IMG/VR virus record: IMGVR_UViG_2690316131_000003
Reading direction: 5' to 3' (one strand)
DNA length: 4,754 nt
Source: a virus
Lineage: Duplodnaviria > Heunggongvirae > Uroviricota > Caudoviricetes
A program made the translations under genes and the position numbers. Below are positions 1-4,754 of the stretch, piece by piece (the first letter of the stretch is position 1; the number at the start of each line of letters is the position of its first letter). The notes under the pieces were generated by a model. The model ran no database searches, had not been told where the DNA came from, and was given only the letters and a program-made list of their open reading frames with translations.

Positions 1-140
1 TCCCGGGCAACCTGTGATGAAGACTGATTAATCGCCGTTGTGGCCACGCGGTTAATCGTCATTGCTGAAGCCGCCGGAATGGCGTTTTTACGAACCCGGC
101 TCAGATTATCAATCGCCTGAGCAAGCCCTTTTATCGCCAT
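1..140 (-). CDS. Z: Minor tail protein Z-like (lambda gpZ homolog), N-terminal 46 codons only; gene continues beyond the left window edge
   Basis: ATG at 140..138 (plus-strand cat), preceded by AGGGTGA-like RBS; translation MAIKGLAQAIDNLSRVRKNAIPAASAMTINRVATTAINQSSSQVAR matches my recollection of the lambda gpZ N-terminus (MAIKGLEQAVENLSR...); sits immediately downstream of FII as in lambda. Confidence 0.75.
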   Translation of the reverse strand, partial: MAIKGLAQAIDNLSRVRKNAIPAASAMTINRVATTAINQSSSQVAR

Positions 141-155
141 AATTTCACCCTGCGT

Positions 156-509
156 TTATCGTCGCCGGTTAACAGCGGGTGGTTGCCCACGGTTGAGCCA
201 GAGATAACAGCTTCCCCCGTCATCCGGAGAAACACGATCCACCCAGAACATCTCGCCGTTAATGGTCAGCGTGTCACCACGCCGCACGGCACGCACCGTA
301 TCCGTCCGCACAAATAATGACGGGCTGCTTCCTTCAATACGGACCCCGCCACCGGCAAAACCCAGCGACTCCGGATCGTCAAAAACCCCCTGAACTTCGC
401 CGCCACGTTGTGCCCCCGAGGTGAACTGCGCACAGAGCCCCATCACTTCAACAATCGTTCTGTCCACCCCGGCAAGGGCAGCATCAAAGGAATTCTCAAA
501 ATCACGCAT
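156..509 (-). CDS. FII: Head-tail joining / head completion protein FII (lambda gpFII-like), 117 aa
   Basis: ORF of 117 aa; C-terminal ...FWVDRVSPDDGGSCYLWLNRGQPPAVNRRR matches the lambda gpFII C-terminus as I recall it; start ATG overlaps the FI stop in the sequence ATGCGTGA (translational coupling); correct synteny position. Confidence 0.9.
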   Translation of the reverse strand: MRDFENSFDAALAGVDRTIVEVMGLCAQFTSGAQRGGEVQGVFDDPESLGFAGGGVRIEGSSPSLFVRTDTVRAVRRGDTLTINGEMFWVDRVSPDDGGSCYLWLNRGQPPAVNRRR

Positions 510-870
510 AAACGGCCATTCCGCTCCTAACCATGTCTTTTGCCACTGAGGGGGGCATCAGAATTACTCTGCCAGCATCAACATGCTCAACAGGCTCACC
601 TGTTTCATCGTCAACACCGCACAGGTAAAAACACTTCAGAAGCCTGATACGTTCCAGAATACCAACGTCATCCTCACCGGTGTGCCTGCATGCCTGCTCA
701 TGAACGGTATCATCAACATCTGCGATTTCATTTTCCGAGGCGCAAACCTCCTCTTCCCACTCTGCCACACGCTGTGCGATATCCGCAGCACTCCCCGACA
801 TATCCGCCTCGCGCCCCAGCAGACCAGCCAGTTCACGAAGACGTTTCTGATTTTCTTCTTTTGTTGCCAT
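502..870 (-). CDS. FI: DNA-packaging / head assembly protein FI (lambda gpFI-like), about 122 aa from the ATG at 870
   Basis: ORF track 502..918; I place the start at the internal ATG 870..868 (MATKEENQKRLRELAGLLG...) because it has a GGAG RBS 6 nt upstream, lies downstream of the E terminator hairpin, and aligns with the lambda gpFI N-terminus (MTKDELIARLRSLGEQL...); the 918 start is a GTG that overlaps the E stop region with no RBS. Confidence 0.8.
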   Translation of the reverse strand: MATKEENQKRLRELAGLLGREADMSGSAADIAQRVAEWEEEVCASENEIADVDDTVHEQACRHTGEDDVGILERIRLLKCFYLCGVDDETGEPVEHVDAGRVILMPPSVAKDMVRSGMAVYA

Positions 871-885
871 ATCCAGCTCCCTGTG

Positions 886-913
886 AAAAAAACACGGGGG
901 CATTTCGCCCCCG
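886..913 (-). terminator. Intrinsic-terminator-like hairpin plus U-tract immediately 3' of the major capsid gene
   Basis: On the minus strand: 7-bp all-G/C stem CGGGGGC (plus 907..913 / 895..901), 5-nt loop GAAAU, then UG and seven U (plus A-run 886..892); begins 8 nt after the E stop codon and ends just before the FI RBS. Confidence 0.6.
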
Positions 914-921
914 CTCACGGA

Positions 922-1950
922 TTATTTCACCTGTACCACCACAAACTCATCCGGATCCGGCAGCACCATCAGCGGCGCGGACTGCGTCATGGTGAATTCA
1001 CAGGACGGATCGCCCACGGTCAGCCAGTGTTTCGGGTAACGGGAAGAAGCCACCACTCCTTCAGACAACGCCTGTGCATCCTTAATGGCTCCATAGCAAC
1101 GAATCCCCTCTGCTGCCGTATTCCCCAGCACCAGCGTGCCCTCCGGCAGATAACGTTTTTCGGTACCGTCCTCTGCCACATAAGACGTTTTCGCTACCAC
1201 AATGGCCAGATCGCCGTAATACCCCTTGAAGGATACCACTGCGCCCAGATCTTTCACTGCCGTTTCGAGTTGTGAATTTGAACCGCGACGGGTATCCATT
1301 TTTTCGCGGAAAAGCTTAAAGCCATTCAGCAGACGCCAGACGGTACCGTCCATAATGGCAATATTCACAAGACCACTGGCCTGATCACAGAAAAGGTCGA
1401 TATCATATGTCGGGTCGAACGTGTCACGATCCTGTTTTGACCACTCCTTACCGCTACCTTGTATGATGTTATTCTTCGTCGATCGGCCAAAATCGACTTC
1501 AATTTTCTCGAACTGGTCTCCTTCCATCGTATATTTGCCATACAGCACGGCATTCACCGCCTGCATTTCTTCCACCTGCACAATAGCGTGCTCTTCCTGT
1601 TTGAGGTTATCAGTGATGATACGCAGACGACGGTAGGCCGGGTCGTTCAGCTGAGCCGGATCTTCACCGGGAAGGCGCTCAACCGCCTGCTGGTAATTAA
1701 ATTCGTGTTTCGGCTTGACGTAGCCCGGACGCAACACGCGGGTTTCACCACCACGATGGCGCAGCACTTTTCCTTCAACGATCGGGGAGACATAGGCCGC
1801 CACCGGCGTTTTTCCGGTAATTTTGTCCAGCATCACCTCTTCGGTGTGGAAATTCACCGTACGGCGGAAAAACAGCTCCAGAAATAGCGCACGGAATTTC
1901 ACTTTTTGTTCGGTATAACCGAGTAACTGGCGGGTCGTAAACAATCCCAT
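922..1950 (-). CDS. E: Major capsid protein E (lambda gpE-like), 342 aa
   Basis: 342-aa ORF; strong similarity along the whole length to lambda gpE as recalled (e.g. YVSPIV, PGYVKPKHE, DPAYRRLRI, VEEMQAV, TRRGSNSQLETAVKDLG, GDLAIVV, SAPLMVLPDPDEFV); AAAGGAA RBS about 8 nt upstream of the ATG at 1950. Confidence 0.95.
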   Translation of the reverse strand: MGLFTTRQLLGYTEQKVKFRALFLELFFRRTVNFHTEEVMLDKITGKTPVAAYVSPIVEGKVLRHRGGETRVLRPGYVKPKHEFNYQQAVERLPGEDPAQLNDPAYRRLRIITDNLKQEEHAIVQVEEMQAVNAVLYGKYTMEGDQFEKIEVDFGRSTKNNIIQGSGKEWSKQDRDTFDPTYDIDLFCDQASGLVNIAIMDGTVWRLLNGFKLFREKMDTRRGSNSQLETAVKDLGAVVSFKGYYGDLAIVVAKTSYVAEDGTEKRYLPEGTLVLGNTAAEGIRCYGAIKDAQALSEGVVASSRYPKHWLTVGDPSCEFTMTQSAPLMVLPDPDEFVVVQVK

Positions 1951-1978
1951 AAATCAGTTCCTTTCATTCAGAAATCAG

Positions 1979-2000
1979 TCAGGCCACCATGGTGGCCTGA
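1979..2000 (-). promoter_or_regulatory. 22-bp perfect palindrome (potential RNA hairpin, 9-bp stem, CAUG loop) in the D-E intergenic region
   Basis: TCAGGCCACCA|TGGTGGCCTGA reads identically on both strands; starts 7 nt after the D stop; no strong U-tract follows, so not a canonical terminator. Confidence 0.4.
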
Positions 2001-2007
2001 TAACGTG

Positions 2008-2355
2008 TTACGGCAGAGCCGCGTGACTCAGGGCTGTGCCGGCAAAGGCATTTGCCTTTTTGTGTTCATCCACACTGTCAGGCCAGCGGATTGCCTCCGT
2101 CGCAAAGGTCCCCGACTTGTAATAGGTCAGCACCGTCTCTGTGCCTTCAAGCGGCAGTACCAGTATGCCAACCGCACTACCGGCTTTCTGTCCATCCCAG
2201 ACCACCAGTTTCCCGGTGGCTTCATCCAGCATCAGGGGCGTCAGAGCCGGTGTTGCAGAAGAAATCCCGCTGCTGCCTGTGGCGGTATGAGCCGGATCAT
2301 TACCAGCAAAAATACGTACTTCCGCACGCTGTTCAGTGATGGTTTTCGTCACCAT
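2008..2355 (-). CDS. D: Head decoration protein D (lambda gpD-like), 115 aa
   Basis: 115-aa ORF; motifs DPAHTATG, PLMLD, KLVVWDG, VGIL, YKSGTF match the lambda gpD pattern as recalled; GAGGT RBS upstream of the ATG at 2355; position between C and E. Confidence 0.92.
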   Translation of the reverse strand: MVTKTITEQRAEVRIFAGNDPAHTATGSSGISSATPALTPLMLDEATGKLVVWDGQKAGSAVGILVLPLEGTETVLTYYKSGTFATEAIRWPDSVDEHKKANAFAGTALSHAALP

Positions 2356-2391
2356 TTTGTTAAAACCTCATATTGATGGTCAGCACTGACT

Positions 2392-2994
2392 TCATGGCAT
2401 GGCCATGAGCATTTTCACGTCCGCATCACCGTCTGCTGACGTCTGTGACACGCCACCCCGCACCGCTGCCGGTGAATGATTCGCCATGAAATGTTCAAAC
2501 AGGGCGGTTGTGGATGCAGAGACCGGTTCGGCCTTACCTGATCCCGCAGCCAGCACAGCCCGGGCGTTCTCCACGGTCATTCCCGGGCAGGCAGCCAGTT
2601 TTTCAGCCTGCGCTTCTGCCCCTTTTGCCTCATCCAGGGCCATGATCTGATCACGAAGTGAGGGCCCGGCATCCGCCAGTGGTGCAGCCGCCAGGATCGG
2701 GCGGGCTTTTTCCACCGTCATCTCCGGCATCGCCGCCAGCGTTGCCGCCAGTTGTTCACGACCGTTCGCTTCTTCACACGCCATAATGCGATCGGCTTCA
2801 CTCTGCGCGGATGCCACCGGCTGCTGCGGTGCCGCCGCGGCCAGAATCGCCCGGGCCTGTTCAACGCTCATGCCCTGTTGCCCTGCCAGCATCGTGGCAA
2901 GCTGTTCACGTCCTTTCGCTTCCTGACACGTCAGGATCCCCATCACTCGCTGGTTCTCCTGCACTGCGGCTTCCGTTGCAGTTAATTGCGGCAT
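2392..2994 (-). CDS. Nu3: Nu3-like scaffolding protein, translated from an in-frame internal start within C (200 aa, co-terminal with C)
   Basis: Internal ATG at 2994..2992 (Met302 of C), preceded by a consensus AGGAGG SD (plus 2999..3004 cctcct) 4 nt upstream; local context GGTMPQLTA... parallels the lambda Nu3 start inside C (established for lambda); downstream holds the scaffold motif. Confidence 0.6.
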   Translation of the reverse strand: MPQLTATEAAVQENQRVMGILTCQEAKGREQLATMLAGQQGMSVEQARAILAAAAPQQPVASAQSEADRIMACEEANGREQLAATLAAMPEMTVEKARPILAAAPLADAGPSLRDQIMALDEAKGAEAQAEKLAACPGMTVENARAVLAAGSGKAEPVSASTTALFEHFMANHSPAAVRGGVSQTSADGDADVKMLMAMP

Positions 2995-3897
2995 AGTGCC
3001 TCCTCTGACATTACTGTTCAGCGCCGTGGCCATCACACTGATGGCATCCGACGCATTGATTAATTCATCCGCCAGCCCGGCCTCAATGCCGGACTGACCT
3101 TCAAAAACGGCGGCCTCTGTTCCCGTGACGGCATCAACAGACAGACCGGTAAACATCGCCACTTTTTCGGCAAACATCCGGCGCGCCGCATCAATGCGCT
3201 GCTGCATGTCCTGGCGAACCTCTGCCGGTAAGGCTTCAAACTGATTGCCATCCACCTTGTGCGTCCCTGAGTAAATCAGCGTGATATCCACACCGGCCTG
3301 CGCCAGATGACCGGCATAGCTGACATGGCTCATCATCACGCCAATGGAGCCGATACGGGATGTCTGGGTAACCAGCCGTCGGGAGCAGGCCGACGCCAGC
3401 AGCATGGCTGCAGAACAGGCCGTGTCATTGCACAGTGCCCAGACCGGCTTCTGCTGACGGAGGCGGTAAATCATGTCAGCGCAGTCAAACGCGCCGGCGG
3501 CCTGCCCGCCCGGACTGTCAATGTCCAGCAGTACGCCCCGCACCTGGCTATCCGCCATTGCCTGCTGAAGACAGGCGACAATACCGTCATAGCCTGTCAT
3601 TCCGGAAAATGGCCGCATACCCCCCAGCCGGTGCACCAGCGTGCCGGTCACCGGCAGTACAGCAATACCGTTCACCACCCTGTAAACACGGGCCGGTCGT
3701 TTACCTCCGGCCATGTACTCGTCCGTTTCAGCCAGCATTCCGGGAGCATCAAACTGTACCTGCTGTTGTGGTACCGAAAGACTTGCTGCCCCCATCTCGC
3801 GCCCGAGCGCGCAAAAGAAAACCCGCGCATAGGCGGGCTCCAGAAGCAGCGGTTCATTGAATGCTGCGGCAATAATGTGTGAAAGATTACGTCTCAC
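2392..3897 (-). CDS. C: Head maturation protease / minor capsid protein C (S49 SppA-like peptidase family) with C-terminal scaffold (Nu3) domain, 501 aa
   Basis: 501-aa ORF; similarity to lambda gpC as recalled (FNEPL.LEPAYARVFF, NGIAVLPV.GTLV, SGMTGY.GI, LLD.D.PGG...AGAFDCAD.I, KPVWAL.ND..CSA..LLASA.SRRLVTQT.R.GSIGVMM.H, ITLIYSG.HKVDGN, GLADEL.N..DAI); start is GTG at 3897..3895 with GAGGAG about 10 nt upstream, overlapping the portal-fragment stop. Confidence 0.88.
   Translation of the reverse strand: MRRNLSHIIAAAFNEPLLLEPAYARVFFCALGREMGAASLSVPQQQVQFDAPGMLAETDEYMAGGKRPARVYRVVNGIAVLPVTGTLVHRLGGMRPFSGMTGYDGIVACLQQAMADSQVRGVLLDIDSPGGQAAGAFDCADMIYRLRQQKPVWALCNDTACSAAMLLASACSRRLVTQTSRIGSIGVMMSHVSYAGHLAQAGVDITLIYSGTHKVDGNQFEALPAEVRQDMQQRIDAARRMFAEKVAMFTGLSVDAVTGTEAAVFEGQSGIEAGLADELINASDAISVMATALNSNVRGGTMPQLTATEAAVQENQRVMGILTCQEAKGREQLATMLAGQQGMSVEQARAILAAAAPQQPVASAQSEADRIMACEEANGREQLAATLAAMPEMTVEKARPILAAAPLADAGPSLRDQIMALDEAKGAEAQAEKLAACPGMTVENARAVLAAGSGKAEPVSASTTALFEHFMANHSPAAVRGGVSQTSADGDADVKMLMAMP
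2512..2949 (-). repeat. Three diverged tandem copies of a ~47-53-aa scaffold motif inside the C/Nu3 coding region
   Basis: Protein-level repeats: RVMGILTCQEAKGREQLATMLAGQQGMSVEQARAILAAAAP / RIMACEEANGREQLAATLAAMPEMTVEKARPILAAAP / QIMALDEAKGAEAQAEKLAACPGMTVENARAVLAAG; DNA copies are clearly diverged, so not recent slippage. Confidence 0.6.
3088..3744. repeat. Direct repeat copy A (within the intact C gene), 657 bp, 654/657 identical to copy B
   Basis: Base-by-base comparison with 4098..4754 at constant offset 1010; only mismatches at 3583, 3619, 3681. Confidence 0.9.
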
Positions 3898-4090
3898 GTG
3901 GTGTTGTCTCCTCTTCCGGCCTGCGACTCTCCGCTATCTGCTGCTGATACGCCTGCGCTATCCACACCGGACGTGAGAGTCCGGCTTTTTGCCGCTCTGC
4001 AGATTCCCTGACCTGCTGGCGGAAAATGTCCTGATAATCCTCGCCCATCAGCGCCAGCTCTTTCTCATACGTGCTCAGTCCGGCCTCAAT
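3887..4090 (-). pseudogene. B: Orphan 3' fragment of the portal gene (lambda gpB-like C-terminal ~67 codons), fused out of frame to C-prime sequence
   Basis: Reading frame IEAGLSTYEKELALMGEDYQDIFRQQVRESAERQKAGLSRPVWIAQAYQQQIAESRRPEEETTPRET* ends with a stop (3887..3889) overlapping the C start, as at a portal-protease junction; it resembles what I recall of the lambda gpB C-terminus; upstream in the same frame (4091..4261) is out-of-frame C-prime sequence, not portal. Confidence 0.55.
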
Positions 4091-4107
4091 GCAAAAAGCC
4101 GGACTGA
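4075..4107. other. Duplication junction: 10-bp perfect inverted repeat (4075..4084 / 4098..4107) flanking a 13-nt spacer that contains the 7-bp novel insertion 4091..4097
   Basis: TCAGTCCGGC ... GCCGGACTGA; one arm lies in the portal fragment, the other in the C-prime copy; the native C copy has only an imperfect version (CAGCCCGGC / GCCGGACTG with 6-nt spacer). Confidence 0.8.
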
Positions 4108-4754
4108 CCTTCAAAAACGGCGGCCTCTGTTCCCGTGACGGCATCAACAGACAGACCGGTAAACATCGCCACTTTTTCGGCAAACATCCGGCGCGCCGCA
4201 TCAATGCGCTGCTGCATGTCCTGGCGAACCTCTGCCGGTAAGGCTTCAAACTGATTGCCATCCACCTTGTGCGTCCCTGAGTAAATCAGCGTGATATCCA
4301 CACCGGCCTGCGCCAGATGACCGGCATAGCTGACATGGCTCATCATCACGCCAATGGAGCCGATACGGGATGTCTGGGTAACCAGCCGTCGGGAGCAGGC
4401 CGACGCCAGCAGCATGGCTGCAGAACAGGCCGTGTCATTGCACAGTGCCCAGACCGGCTTCTGCTGACGGAGGCGGTAAATCATGTCAGCGCAGTCAAAC
4501 GCGCCGGCGGCCTGCCCGCCCGGACTGTCAATGTCCAGCAGTACGCCCCGCACCTGGCTATCCGCCATTGCCTGCTGAAGACAGGCGACAATGCCGTCAT
4601 AGCCTGTCATTCCGGAAAATGGCCGCATCCCCCCCAGCCGGTGCACCAGCGTGCCGGTCACCGGCAGTACAGCAATACCGTTCACCACCCGGTAAACACG
4701 GGCCGGTCGTTTACCTCCGGCCATGTACTCGTCCGTTTCAGCCAGCATTCCGGG
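4086..4754 (-). pseudogene. Truncated duplicate of the protease gene 5' portion (C-prime): would encode C residues about 52-269 in-window, then FLH-stop; 5' end beyond window
   Basis: ORF 4086..4748 translation is identical to C residues 54-269 then diverges after ...FEGQSG into FLH*; the frame stays open to the window edge (APGM... matches C residues 51-54); retains the putative protease core (CSAAMLLASA region) but lacks the scaffold domain. Confidence 0.7.
4098..4754. repeat. Direct repeat copy B (truncated C-prime), 657 bp, runs to the right window edge so its true length is unknown
   Basis: Identical to 3088..3744 except 4593, 4629, 4691; a further 11 nt (4080..4090 = 3077..3087) are identical at offset 1003 on the other side of the 7-bp insertion 4091..4097. 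Confidence 0.9.

Noticed and set aside
636-836. Minus-strand ORF 636..836 (66 aa)
   Set aside because: Alternative frame fully inside FI; no homology signal or RBS.
871-918. Longer FI start at GTG 918 (or ATG 903)
   Set aside because: Would place the start inside the terminator hairpin region, 3 nt from the E stop with no RBS; the ATG at 870 has a GGAG SD and matches the lambda FI N-terminus alignment.
583-1275. Plus-strand ORFs 583..1275 (230 aa) and 690..995 (101 aa)
   Set aside because: Antisense to the well-supported FI and E genes; no RBS; composition (H/R/C-rich, low complexity) typical of out-of-frame readings of GC-rich coding DNA.
1421-1887. Plus-strand ORFs 1421..1636 and 1459..1887, and minus-strand ORF 1365..1553
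   Set aside because: All lie entirely within the major capsid gene E on the opposite strand or in an alternative frame; no independent support.
2005-2376. Plus-strand ORFs 2005..2376 and 2052..2339
   Set aside because: Antisense to the decoration gene D; no start context; artefactual.
2380-2391. Small inverted repeat GTCAG-CA-CTGAC in the C-D intergenic region
   Set aside because: 5-bp stem with a 2-nt loop is too small to form a stable hairpin; likely chance.
2752-3882. Plus-strand ORFs 2752..2985, 2811..2996, 3307..3882, 3435..3860 and minus-strand ORFs 3060..3251, 3672..3872
   Set aside because: Antisense or alternative-frame readings inside the C protease/scaffold gene; R/P/A-rich low-complexity translations characteristic of wrong-frame GC-rich sequence.
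4086-4100. Programmed ribosomal frameshift at the C-prime/portal junction (T-run TTTTTG) fusing C-prime to the portal tail
   Set aside because: Reaching the portal frame needs a +1 shift; the site is not a canonical X_XXY_YYZ heptamer and the -1 frame hits a stop almost immediately; the T-run is better explained as a recombination junction insertion.
1-4754. Searched for CRISPR repeats, tRNA-like structures, transposase/IS termini, toxin-antitoxin or defence-gene-sized ORFs
   Set aside because: No short regularly spaced repeats, no cloverleaf candidates, and all sizeable ORFs are accounted for by head and tail structural genes; the only long repeat is the C gene duplication.

Overview
This window is the head-morphogenesis (late) module of a lambda-like phage or prophage, with every gene on the minus strand in the canonical lambda order: portal 3' end, C protease/scaffold with nested Nu3, D decoration, E major capsid, FI, FII, and the start of tail gene Z. 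Calls rest on ORF structure, ribosome-binding sites, gene overlaps and similarity to lambda proteins recalled from memory; no search was run. The most unusual feature is a ~1.0-kb direct duplication at the right end: a second, 3'-truncated copy of the protease gene 5' region (4098..4754, running off the window) joined through a 7-bp insertion and a 10-bp inverted repeat to an orphan portal 3' fragment, followed by the intact C gene. The two copies differ at only three positions, all synonymous. Other points of interest are a three-fold internal repeat in the scaffold domain, a strong internal start site for a Nu3-like protein, a canonical intrinsic-terminator hairpin between E and FI, and a 22-bp perfect palindrome between D and E. 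I found no defence system, moron insertion, tRNA, CRISPR array or transposase; the duplication junction is the only clearly non-canonical structure.
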